Shown: positions 18,577 through 26,228, counted from the first letter of the stretch. The stretch is 64,000 nt of DNA from an uncultured Pseudomonadota bacterium (GCA_949292335.1 CASEYY010000040.1:4885-68884), one strand, 5' to 3'. Notes: generated by a model from the letters alone, not told the origin. Numbers and translations are program-made.

Positions 18577-18874
18577 CCGACATTTTGTTTTCCAAGAGAT
18601 ACTGCTTAATGCCTTTGTTCTTTTGGTTGATTAAAAACTGCCGGCGAAACGGATTGCCGATATCCCAGTCAACAACGCCGTCATGCAACAACCGGTGTTC
18701 GTCAAAAGTCAGCGGCACGATATTGCGCAAATCCCATCTGGTTATCATCTCTTTGCGGCCGATATAATGGTGTCCGCATTGCGCCGGCAGCCGCGACATC
18801 TCGCTTCTCTGCCTTGCGGCCCATTTTTGCACCAGAGCGTCAAGCTCTTTTATTTTGCCGGCATATTTCTTCAT
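18515..18874 (-). CDS. Hypothetical phage protein
   Basis: 119-aa ORF with a His-rich central segment. A NinG-like assignment was considered but cannot be supported. Confidence 0.4.
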   Translation of the reverse strand: MKKYAGKIKELDALVQKWAARQRSEMSRLPAQCGHHYIGRKEMITRWDLRNIVPLTFDEHRLLHDGVVDWDIGNPFRRQFLINQKNKGIKQYLLENKMSVDEFMQDCKQKILEALNEKP

Positions 18875-19026
18875 TTTTTCAAAATCGCATAAATCCCGCC
18901 GGTCGTGACCTCAATCCATTGCGACTTCGTCTTGGGCAAAAACACCCGCGCGCCGTGTCTGTAAACAAACATCGTCGCGCTAACCAACGCCCATACGGTT
19001 ATTTTGCGTTTTAATCTCTTAAACAT
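18871..19026 (-). CDS. Small hypothetical protein (51 aa)
   Basis: My own translation gives MFKRLKRKITVWALVSATMF..., with ATGA stop/start coupling to the 18874 gene. Below the ORF-track size cut-off. Confidence 0.3.
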   Translation of the reverse strand: MFKRLKRKITVWALVSATMFVYRHGARVFLPKTKSQWIEVTTGGIYAILKK

Positions 19027-19030
19027 TGTT

Positions 19031-19058
19031 TTGACTCCTTGTTTTGTTGTGATAAAAT
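19031..19058 (+). promoter_or_regulatory. Extended -10 promoter for the plus-strand zinc-ribbon gene
   Basis: TTGACT, a 16-nt spacer ending in TGa, then TAAAAT. The RBS aaaggag lies 7 nt before ATG 19080. Confidence 0.5.
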
Positions 19059-19079
19059 CCCCCGCAAAGGAGATTCGCC

Positions 19080-19391
19080 ATGATTGACAAGATTGCAGAA
19101 ATTTATAACAAACACATTCTTATTGAAAATCGCATTACCCATCTTGAAAACACGGTTAACGATTTGCAAAAACAAATTGTAGATAATTCTCATTCCGGCA
19201 GGATATGTCCTGAGTGCGGCGAAAAATCCCTGATTTTTCCCAATAAAGAATATCAGACAATTGCTGGCGGTAATTACAGAACCGGCGAAGTTCGTTATAC
19301 CACGGCCAAAAAACTTATTGCCGTTTGCCAATCCTGCGGATGGGAATATGATAACCAGGAATTTATAAAGAACTGCTTGCATAAATTATGA
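19080..19391 (+). CDS. Zinc-ribbon protein transcribed against the early operon
   Basis: 103 aa with an N-terminal coiled coil and the motifs CPECG and CQSCG. It has its own promoter and RBS. The antisense ORF 19011-19382 looks non-protein-like. Confidence 0.6.
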   Translation: MIDKIAEIYNKHILIENRITHLENTVNDLQKQIVDNSHSGRICPECGEKSLIFPNKEYQTIAGGNYRTGEVRYTTAKKLIAVCQSCGWEYDNQEFIKNCLHKL

Positions 19392-19544
19392 ATCCTTTTT
19401 TTCCAGTGTAAAAGAAGGGAGCAACTCTCCGTTTTCCACAGCCTTAATAATTGCGTTATAAATTCCTGGCGTTGCCACTAGTCCCCATTCCTTATAAATA
19501 AAATAAAACAGCTCAAGCCTGTCTCTTGCTGTCATCTTCTCCAT
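19386..19544 (-). CDS. Small ORF translationally coupled to cro (52 aa)
   Basis: My own translation gives MEKMTARDRLELFYFIYKEW..., with a TGATG overlap with the cro stop. Confidence 0.35.
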   Translation of the reverse strand: MEKMTARDRLELFYFIYKEWGLVATPGIYNAIIKAVENGELLPSFTLEKKDS

Positions 19545-19756
19545 CAGTCTTTCTCCGTATAGCCATTAATAAGTTCCGCAATCTCAATCCCTGTTAACTG
19601 TGATATTTTTTTTAACATATTGAAATTTAAATTGTTTTTTATACAGTTGCATAGTCGCCAAGCTGTCGGCTGAGACACCCCAAGCTTTTTTCCCAGCTTA
19701 ACATACGATAACTTTTGCTCTTTTCTATATTTTTCCAGCTTGTTCATTTCAGACAA
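19544..19756 (-). CDS. Cro-like HTH (XRE family) regulator
   Basis: 70-aa HTH (LSYVKLGKKLGVSQPTAWRL) divergent from the cI-like gene. Confidence 0.8.
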   Translation of the reverse strand: MSEMNKLEKYRKEQKLSYVKLGKKLGVSQPTAWRLCNCIKNNLNFNMLKKISQLTGIEIAELINGYTEKD

Positions 19757-19796
19757 ACTCCTAAATTAATCATTTTTTACAGTTATATTTGCAATC

Positions 19797-19825
19797 AATA
19801 TATTCTTTAAAAGAATAATTGTCAA
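19797..19825 (-). promoter_or_regulatory. PR-like promoter with an embedded operator (19801-19817)
   Basis: Minus strand reads TTGACA-at-TATTC-ttttaaa-GAATA-TATT. The spacer is 17 bp and the -10 is TATATT. The operator is a perfect 8-1-8 palindrome. Confidence 0.65.
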
Positions 19826-19843
19826 TAATATTTTATTCTTTAT

Positions 19844-19860
19844 CCGCATATTATTTAGAT
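19844..19860. promoter_or_regulatory. Imperfect third operator
   Basis: TATTC-tttatcc-GCATA, one mismatch to TATTC-N7-GAATA, lying between the two promoters. Confidence 0.4.
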
Positions 19861-19889
19861 TTGACTCTTATTCTTTTTTGGAATAAAAT
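19861..19889 (+). promoter_or_regulatory. PRM-like promoter of the repressor gene with an embedded operator (19869-19885)
   Basis: TTGACT-ct-TATTC-ttttttg-GAATA-AAAT, with a 17-bp spacer and -10 TAAAAT. Confidence 0.6.
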
Positions 19890-19906
19890 AGTAGAGAGGT
19901 GAAAAA

Positions 19907-20524
19907 ATGAACAATATCAAAATACTAAGAAAAATGCGAGATGTTACATCTCAAACACTGGCAAGCAGTATAGGAATTAGTCAGCCTAATTTATCCAAGA
20001 TTGAAAACAACCAAATCAGTCTTAGTTTGGACTTGGCAAACAAAATTGCTGAATATTTCCGTGTTGACTTAGGACAAGTTATAGGTTCAACTCCTATTGC
20101 AACCGGATTTAACGATTGCGTTAAAATCAATATACTTGATGTCAAAGCTTGTTGCGGCACAGGTGTTGAAAATTTAACCGAGCAGGTAACCGGCTGTTGG
20201 CAAATGCCTCTTGTTGAGTTCAAAAAAATCAGCTTTGCCGACCCTCGTAATGTTTATATGATTCAAGCCTCCGGTGATTCAATGCTGCCTACCATAGCAG
20301 ACGGCGACTGGGCGCTGGTCGACCTGGCGCAAAATTTTATGTCATCAGATGGTATTTATCTTATCAAACTGGCCAGCGGCTTGGCTATTAAACGCCTCCA
20401 GGCGGGATTAACCAGCCTCACGGTCAAATCAGACAATCCTCAATACGGCGATATAACCGCCGATTCCGGTGAATTAACCGTTGTCGGAAAAATTATTTAT
20501 ATCCTAAACGCCAAAAAAGTTTAA
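19907..20524 (+). CDS. CI-like repressor (XRE HTH + S24 LexA-type peptidase domain)
   Basis: N-terminal HTH (SQTLASSIGISQPNLSKIENN) and C-terminal GDSMLPTI...GLAIKRL Ser/Lys dyad motifs. Confidence 0.9.
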   Translation: MNNIKILRKMRDVTSQTLASSIGISQPNLSKIENNQISLSLDLANKIAEYFRVDLGQVIGSTPIATGFNDCVKINILDVKACCGTGVENLTEQVTGCWQMPLVEFKKISFADPRNVYMIQASGDSMLPTIADGDWALVDLAQNFMSSDGIYLIKLASGLAIKRLQAGLTSLTVKSDNPQYGDITADSGELTVVGKIIYILNAKKV

Positions 20525-20561
20525 GAAATTTAAGATATACTAAAGTTTAAAATTTTTAATA

Positions 20562-20590
20562 TTGACCATTTGTAGCTTTTATGCTACATT
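20562..20590 (+). promoter_or_regulatory. Putative dedicated promoter of higBA
   Basis: TTGACC, a 17-nt spacer, then TACATT. It overlaps the track's ATG at 20581, which argues for the TTG start at 20608. Confidence 0.4.
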
Positions 20591-20607
20591 ATCAAAAGAG
20601 GGGAAAA

Positions 20608-20916
20608 TTGTTTAACATAAAATATTCCAAACCGTTTGAAGATTGGCTAAAATCCCTTAAAGACAGCCGGCTTAAGGCGAGTGTAAACATCAGGATTAAA
20701 AGAATCGCTTTTGGCAATTTTGGGGATGTCAAACCTGTCGGCGACGGCGTATCGGAAATCAGAATCCACTACGGAGCCGGTTATCGAATATACTTTTGTC
20801 AATGCGGCGACATGACAATTTTCATTCTCTGCGGCGGCGATAAATCCAGCCAAAGCAAAGATATTGAAAAAGCAAGGGAGATGAAAAAATGTCTGATAAA
20901 ACAACTATTGAACTAA
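20608..20916 (+). CDS. higB: HigB/RelE-type addiction-module killer toxin
   Basis: The pattern FEDWLKSLKD...RI..GNFGD.KPVG.GVSE.RI..G.GYR.YF......I.L.GGDKSSQ..DI is typical of this family. The TTG start follows the RBS gagggga. Confidence 0.8.
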   Translation: MFNIKYSKPFEDWLKSLKDSRLKASVNIRIKRIAFGNFGDVKPVGDGVSEIRIHYGAGYRIYFCQCGDMTIFILCGGDKSSQSKDIEKAREMKKCLIKQLLN

Positions 20917-21188
20917 AAGATTATGACCCTGTTGATTTTATAGATAATCTTGACGATGTCAAAACTTACATTGAGGCGGCCGCGGCCGAAAACGACCCTG
21001 TGTTTTTTCTTTCCGCCTTAAACGATGTCGCCAGAGCTTTTAGCATAAAAAAAATAGCTTTAGAAACCGGCGTTAACCGCGAAAGCTTGTATAAATCACT
21101 CAACGGTTCCGTAATGCCTCGTTTTGATACCGTTTGTAAAATATTAAATTCTTTAGGTATGCGTATATCTGTAAAGCATATAGATTAG
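20889..21188 (+). CDS. higA: HigA-type antitoxin (addiction-module antidote, HTH)
   Basis: DP..F...L..VA.A.......TG..RESLYK.L......P.F.T..K.L..LG family pattern. It overlaps higB. Confidence 0.8.
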   Translation: MSDKTTIELKDYDPVDFIDNLDDVKTYIEAAAAENDPVFFLSALNDVARAFSIKKIALETGVNRESLYKSLNGSVMPRFDTVCKILNSLGMRISVKHID

Positions 21189-21206
21189 CATTTCTCTATT
21201 CCAAAC

Positions 21207-21231
21207 ACCGCCTTCGGGCGGTATTTTTTTT
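21207..21231 (+). terminator. Intrinsic terminator after higBA
   Basis: accgcc-ttcg-ggcggt followed by a T8 run. Confidence 0.75.
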
Positions 21232-21345
21232 CTTAAATATGGCATATTTGCCATAATTAAAAAACTTTTTCACAAAAATTTTCTTTGTTTTTCAAGATAT
21301 TGAATAAAATATGAACAAAAAATATAAAAAATGTGAATTTTATTG

Positions 21346-21374
21346 TTGACATTTATTCATTATAAGAATATATT
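21346..21374 (+). promoter_or_regulatory. PL-like early promoter with an embedded operator (21354-21370)
   Basis: TTGACA-tt-TATTC-attataa-GAATA-TATT, with a 17-bp spacer and -10 TATATT. Same design as PR and PRM. Confidence 0.65.
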
Positions 21375-21411
21375 TTATTTATAAGATGAATAACAAACGA
21401 GGTCAACAACA

Positions 21412-21741
21412 ATGTTTAATCAATCACAAATCAAACACATCGTCGCCGTAGCTTATAATGATTTTATCGAGGACAAATACGACGATGTCAAAGACAACTA
21501 CTCTTGCTGGATGGAAGAAACCAATCGCGCGCTGGCGTGGATGGACTATGCCGCCGGTTTGGATTCTGACGAAGTCGGCGATTTCCTTTTTGCTTTTGAC
21601 GAGGAATACAGCTTTGAAGACATCGGCAATTTTTACCAGACGGCTGAGGAGCTCGGCAATCACATCTTGCGCTATTCAGACGAGTTTGCCACACCGGAGA
21701 TCAACCAAATTCACAGCAACATATTTTTAGGAGCCAAATAA
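21412..21741 (+). CDS. Acidic hypothetical protein, first gene of the rightward early operon
   Basis: 109 aa, rich in D/E and aromatic residues, with the RBS gagg. Confidence 0.55.
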   Translation: MFNQSQIKHIVAVAYNDFIEDKYDDVKDNYSCWMEETNRALAWMDYAAGLDSDEVGDFLFAFDEEYSFEDIGNFYQTAEELGNHILRYSDEFATPEINQIHSNIFLGAK

Positions 21742-21861
21742 ATGAAAAAGTTTCTTTTTTCCCAGCCAACAGCTGCCGAAAACGTCATTTTCGGCATAAC
21801 CATCGGCTTCGCGCTTTATTTCGGCCTCGGCGCCTTGATTATGTTCATCGGGGGCTTGTGA
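21742..21861 (+). CDS. Small hydrophobic peptide (39 aa)
   Basis: My own translation gives MKKFLFSQPTAAENVIFGITIGFALYFGLGALIMFIGGL. It starts right after the upstream stop. Confidence 0.35.
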   Translation: MKKFLFSQPTAAENVIFGITIGFALYFGLGALIMFIGGL

Positions 21862-22007
21862 TGACCGACGGCGAAAAAGCAATCGAAACGCTCGTTTGGG
21901 TTTACGAATATATCCGCGAACTCCCCAACAGCAATTGGAACATTCCGGTCAAACTGGCCACCATTTTAGACAAGGTCGAAACCACATTAAAAGGATTTGA
22001 GAAATGA
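21861..22007 (+). CDS. Small hypothetical protein (48 aa)
   Basis: My own translation gives MTDGEKAIETLVWVYEY..., with TGATG and ATGA couplings to its neighbours. Confidence 0.35.
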   Translation: MTDGEKAIETLVWVYEYIRELPNSNWNIPVKLATILDKVETTLKGFEK

Positions 22008-22819
22008 GAGATTTAACGGCTTCTGAAATATCGGTAAAAGTTAAACAAATAACTGAGAAAGGTTGTTTATTGCTGCTTTACAAAACCGCCCGCGTTGATG
22101 CTCAGATACTTGATGAAGAATTTGGTGCAGCTAACTGGACGAATGATTTTAAGGAAATTAAGGGAAACCTATACTGTGGAATTGGCGTAAAACAAGATGA
22201 CGGAACTTTCGTATGGAAGTGGGACTGCGGAACAGAAAGCGCAACCGAGGCAGAAAAAGGCGAAGCTTCCGATTCATTCAAACGCGCCGGTTTCAAATGG
22301 GGAATAGGCGTTGAGCTATACTCCGCGCCCTTTATCTGGGCAAAAGTTGAAACCCAAAAAAATAAAAATGGGTTTTATGAGCTGTCTGATAAATTTATGA
22401 AATTTCGAGTTTCAGAAATTGCTATTGAAGACAAGAAGATAACAAGCCTTAAAATAATTAATAATAAAGGCGAAATAGTCTTTGAAACGGGCGGGAAAAA
22501 AGAAAAATCCGACTTTGCCAAAGAGGCCGCCTCTGCCAAGACAGCGCAAACCAAAGCCATCAACAAAGCCAAAGTCGCCGGCGCCGATGATTATGAGCGG
22601 CCAAAACCCAAAAAACCTTTGGCCGAGCGTTACGAGGCAACCCTCAAATGGCTCAAAGGCCAAACAGCCGAGACTTATCGTCAGGCTTCCAAGTCAAAAA
22701 TCGACTATGTCAACAACATCTGCGCCGAGCTAAAAGAAAAAGGCTCTGCCGGCTGGCTCGAAAACATTATGTCGGAGATAACCCGCGTCACCAACATTGA
22801 GGATAACATTCCTTATTGA
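22004..22819 (+). CDS. Rad52/Sak-type single-strand annealing protein
   Basis: KGEASDSFKRAGFKWGIGVELY matches the Rad52-family signature, and the C-terminal tail is basic. Confidence 0.7.
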   Translation: MRDLTASEISVKVKQITEKGCLLLLYKTARVDAQILDEEFGAANWTNDFKEIKGNLYCGIGVKQDDGTFVWKWDCGTESATEAEKGEASDSFKRAGFKWGIGVELYSAPFIWAKVETQKNKNGFYELSDKFMKFRVSEIAIEDKKITSLKIINNKGEIVFETGGKKEKSDFAKEAASAKTAQTKAINKAKVAGADDYERPKPKKPLAERYEATLKWLKGQTAETYRQASKSKIDYVNNICAELKEKGSAGWLENIMSEITRVTNIEDNIPY

Positions 22820-22870
22820 ACCGACCCGCTGGCGGATTTTATCCCTGATTTTGATTATAGGATGTAACAA

Positions 22871-23272
22871 ATGTTTTTTCACAAATCGGCAAATATCAAC
22901 GGTATTTTAGAGCTTATCAGACCAAAGCTGGCCGCTGTTTTAAGCGACGCCTCGTATGGTGTTGATGTCGAAATCAAAAACCATGTCCGCACCCGCTCAA
23001 CCGAGCAAAACCGCTATCTGTTTGCCATTTACAAACATATTGTCGAGTTTTGGCGCGAGACCGGATTTGCACCGGACGGCCTGCGTTTAAGGTTTATAAC
23101 CTCGGATTTTTTGCACGAATATTTCAAAGCAAGGTTTGACCTCAAAACCACAACCAAGATGTCAACAGCCGAGTTTATGAACTACACCGACGGCATCCAA
23201 AATCTGATGATTGAACAAACCAAAGGCGCCTACGACCCGATTTATCCGGAAGAAAGATATCAGGAGTTTTAA
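22871..23272 (+). CDS. NinB/Orf-like recombination mediator (tentative)
   Basis: RTRSTEQNRYLFAIYKHI motif, and a position directly after the annealing protein. Confidence 0.35.
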   Translation: MFFHKSANINGILELIRPKLAAVLSDASYGVDVEIKNHVRTRSTEQNRYLFAIYKHIVEFWRETGFAPDGLRLRFITSDFLHEYFKARFDLKTTTKMSTAEFMNYTDGIQNLMIEQTKGAYDPIYPEERYQEF

Positions 23273-23294
23273 TTTAACGAAAGGAAAAACACAA

Positions 23295-23648
23295 ATGGAA
23301 AAACAAAGACCAGTAATCAACAACCGTGACAGAAGTTTAAGCATTTCAATCTTTAAAAAAGACCAGATTGATAATGAGGGACATTTGCGCACTTATTATT
23401 CAGCCTGTTTACAGCGCTCATACCAAAAGCCGGAAGACAAAGGCACAGATAAGTGGCAGCTGGAAAATATCAACCTGTATCCTGACGAGCTTTTAAAACT
23501 GTCTGTTCTGGCGTTAAAGACCTATAACGATACGACCTCTTACGTCCAGGCCAACAAAAAAGATAATCAACCCAAAGAACATCCGGCGCAGTCTTTTGAC
23601 AATACTCCGCCCGCATGGGCTGAAGAAGAGATACCTTTTGGAGAATAA
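23295..23648 (+). CDS. Small protein with an SSB-like acidic C-terminal tip
   Basis: Start chosen at ATG 23295 (RBS aagga) rather than the track's 23211. The C-terminus is PPAWAEEEIPFGE; compare the DDDIPF tip of bacterial SSB. Confidence 0.4.
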   Translation: MEKQRPVINNRDRSLSISIFKKDQIDNEGHLRTYYSACLQRSYQKPEDKGTDKWQLENINLYPDELLKLSVLALKTYNDTTSYVQANKKDNQPKEHPAQSFDNTPPAWAEEEIPFGE

Positions 23649-23650
23649 CA

Positions 23651-24553
23651 ATGACTGATTTTGTAAAATATCTAAATAATCATAATATAAATTTTGAAGA
23701 AAAAGACGGTAAGATTACTGTCGGCAGCTCGCTTGACCTGAGAGGCACAAATATCACAAGTCTTCCGGATAATCTGACCGTCGGCGGCTCGCTTGACCTT
23801 AGCGGCACAAATATCACAAGTCTTCCGGATAATCTGACCGTCGGCGGCTGGCTTGACCTTAGCGGCACAAATATCACAAGTCTTCCGGATAATCTGACCG
23901 TCGGCGGCTCGCTTGACCTGAGAGGCACAAATATCACCAGCCTGCCGGATAATCTGACCGTCGGCGGCTGGCTTGACCTTAGCGGCACAAATATCACAAG
24001 TCTTCCGGATAATCTGACCGTCGGCGGCTCGCTTTACCTGAGCGGCACAAATATTAAGAGCAAAGAACGGAAGAAGATTAAAACACCGGATACGCAAAAG
24101 ATGTTTGAGTTTAATTTGTCGGTGCGGGCAAAATTAAGCTGGCAAAACGGGCGTTACCGCGTTTTTGACGGTATCTTTTGCGAAGTATTGCGCAAGTTCA
24201 AAAATGCCTACAAAGTAAAAATCAGGCTTACAACAAAATACGTCGTAACTGACGGCGTGAACTATGCGCATGGCGACACGATAAAAGCGGCGCGCGAAGA
24301 TTTGATGTATAAAATCAGCGATCGCGATACTTCACAATATAAGAATTTAACGCTTGATTCAGTTGTAAGCCGAGAAGAAGCAATCAAAATGTATCGGGTA
24401 ATTACCGGCGCTTGCGAGGCGGGAACAAAACATTTTGTCAGCGGATTAAAAAAGCTAAAGCCTAACTACGCTATTGCGGAAATTATAGAGCTGACCGAGG
24501 GACAATTCGGCGCAACGGATTTTAAGAACTTTTTTAAAGGAGAAAACAGATGA
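23651..24553 (+). CDS. Leucine-rich-repeat protein (six 20-aa repeats) with an unknown C-terminal domain
   Basis: Six repeats of the form LTVGG(S/W)LDL(S/R)GTNITSLPDN, a 20-residue bacterial LRR type. Confidence 0.7.
   Translation: MTDFVKYLNNHNINFEEKDGKITVGSSLDLRGTNITSLPDNLTVGGSLDLSGTNITSLPDNLTVGGWLDLSGTNITSLPDNLTVGGSLDLRGTNITSLPDNLTVGGWLDLSGTNITSLPDNLTVGGSLYLSGTNIKSKERKKIKTPDTQKMFEFNLSVRAKLSWQNGRYRVFDGIFCEVLRKFKNAYKVKIRLTTKYVVTDGVNYAHGDTIKAAREDLMYKISDRDTSQYKNLTLDSVVSREEAIKMYRVITGACEAGTKHFVSGLKKLKPNYAIAEIIELTEGQFGATDFKNFFKGENR
23717..24060 (+). repeat. 60-bp tandem repeat, about 5.7 copies, in frame
   Basis: The units line up exactly at 23717, 23777, 23837, 23897, 23957 and 24017, with only a few substitutions. 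Confidence 0.95.
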
Positions 24554-25092
24554 CTAAAACACCGGAAGAACTGACAAAGGAATGGAAAGCGGGAAAGCTT
24601 GTCGCCGGATATTATTATATCAAATTTAAAAATGGAGAAATTGAAACACGAGATAATCTTATCGGAGGTTTTCTTATGAATATGAAAAATCCGATTGTTC
24701 AAATCCTTACCCCCGTTCCGACCTATGACGAACAAAAGGCTATGCAAGCCGCTATCCAAAACGGGGAATCCGCTATTGATACAAACAAGCGGCTTTGCAA
24801 AAAGATTGAAGAGCTGGAAGACCAAATTGCCGACCTTGAAAAAGAGAATAAACAACTTGAAGAGGATACCGGATACGGTTGGCATACTGCTGGGATAGAA
24901 AGCGACAAGAACGACGAACTCCGCGGCATGCTTAGAGAGTGCAAACGCTTAATCAATGAATATTCAACATATTTCGACATTAAAGATTTTAATGCGTCAA
25001 CAGACCTTTTAACCCGTATCGACGCCGCCCTTAATGAAACACAAGCTAATCCGATAGATTGCAATAAAATGCAAGAAAGTGAGGAAATATGA
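24550..25092 (+). CDS. Hypothetical coiled-coil protein
   Basis: 180-aa ORF with ATGA-type overlaps on both sides. Confidence 0.5.
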   Translation: MTKTPEELTKEWKAGKLVAGYYYIKFKNGEIETRDNLIGGFLMNMKNPIVQILTPVPTYDEQKAMQAAIQNGESAIDTNKRLCKKIEELEDQIADLEKENKQLEEDTGYGWHTAGIESDKNDELRGMLRECKRLINEYSTYFDIKDFNASTDLLTRIDAALNETQANPIDCNKMQESEEI

Positions 25093-26228
25093 AAGTATTG
25101 AGCTTATTTGATGGTATTGCCTGTGGGAAGGTAGCACTTGAACGAGCCGGAATACCTATTGAAAAATACTACGCTAGTGAAATCGATAAACATGCTATTA
25201 ACATAGCCATGAAAAACCATCCGGACATCATACAGATTGGCGATGTCACTAAGGTAGACTTCAATAGTTTCGGGGGGGGGCAGATAGATATGCTTATTGC
25301 TGGAAGTCCTTGCCAAGGCTTCAGCTTTGCCGGAAAACAGCTTAATTTTAATGATCCTCGGAGCAAACTGTTTTTTGAATTTGTACGTGCACTTAAAGCA
25401 ATCAGGCCAAAATACTTTTTGTTGGAAAACGTCAAGATGAAAAAGGAATACGAGAATATTATATCCTCCGAACTGGGCGTAGATCCTGTCGAAATCAATT
25501 CGTCATTAGTATCAGCCCAGAACAGAAAACGATTATATTGGACGAACTGGAATATTCCAAAGCCTAAAGATAAAGGAATTTTGCTAAAAGATATTGTTCA
25601 CGAAAATACGTGCCCGAAAGAACAAATATGCGATATTATAAAGGATTATATTGTACCATTTGATCAAACGCTTAAAATTTTAGATAAAGAAGTTGAAAAG
25701 GGAAAAGTTGGATATTTTCGCAAAGATAGCCAAGCAAACCGAGTTTACTATATACACGGCAAAGCTGTAACTCTTTGCGGCGATGCAGGCGGCGGTGCCG
25801 CCAAAATGGGGCAATATTTATTCGGAACAACAAAAAGAAATTCGCAGGGAAATAGGGTTTACACACAAGATGAAAAATCGCCCACATTAAATGCTCAATC
25901 TGGGGGATTAGCCGGACACGGGAATATTTTATTTGGGGTTATAACTCCTGACAGAATAAATAAGCGCCAAAACGGACAACGGTTTAGTGATGGCCAAAAA
26001 TTTTATACATTAACCGCACAAGACCGGCATGGCGTTCTTATTGAAGGATATATCCGCAAACTAACGCCGACTGAATGCGAAAGGTTGCAGACCCTCCCTG
26101 ATGGATATACAGAAGGCGTAAGCAATAGCCAACGATATAAAACGCTTGGCAACGGCTGGACTGTTGATGTATTAGCTCACATTTTTAGCCAAATAAAAAT
26201 ACAGAAAAAAGAAAGTGAGGAACAATGA
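25089..26228 (+). CDS. dcm: DNA (cytosine-5)-methyltransferase
   Basis: Motif I LFDGIACG, motif IV GSPCQGFS, motif ENV, SAQNRKR, and C-terminal TPTECERLQTLPDGYT...GNGW. Confidence 0.9.
   Translation: MKVLSLFDGIACGKVALERAGIPIEKYYASEIDKHAINIAMKNHPDIIQIGDVTKVDFNSFGGGQIDMLIAGSPCQGFSFAGKQLNFNDPRSKLFFEFVRALKAIRPKYFLLENVKMKKEYENIISSELGVDPVEINSSLVSAQNRKRLYWTNWNIPKPKDKGILLKDIVHENTCPKEQICDIIKDYIVPFDQTLKILDKEVEKGKVGYFRKDSQANRVYYIHGKAVTLCGDAGGGAAKMGQYLFGTTKRNSQGNRVYTQDEKSPTLNAQSGGLAGHGNILFGVITPDRINKRQNGQRFSDGQKFYTLTAQDRHGVLIEGYIRKLTPTECERLQTLPDGYTEGVSNSQRYKTLGNGWTVDVLAHIFSQIKIQKKESEEQ

Noticed and set aside
21237-21254. The inverted repeat tatggca-tatt-tgccata after the higBA terminator as an additional operator
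   Set aside because: It is a single occurrence, is unrelated to the TATTC-N7-GAATA operators, and has no adjacent promoter. The evidence is insufficient.
23717-24060. Regular 60-bp repeats as a possible CRISPR array
   Set aside because: The units are directly abutting with no unique spacers. They are in frame and encode a 20-aa LRR unit. No cas genes are present.
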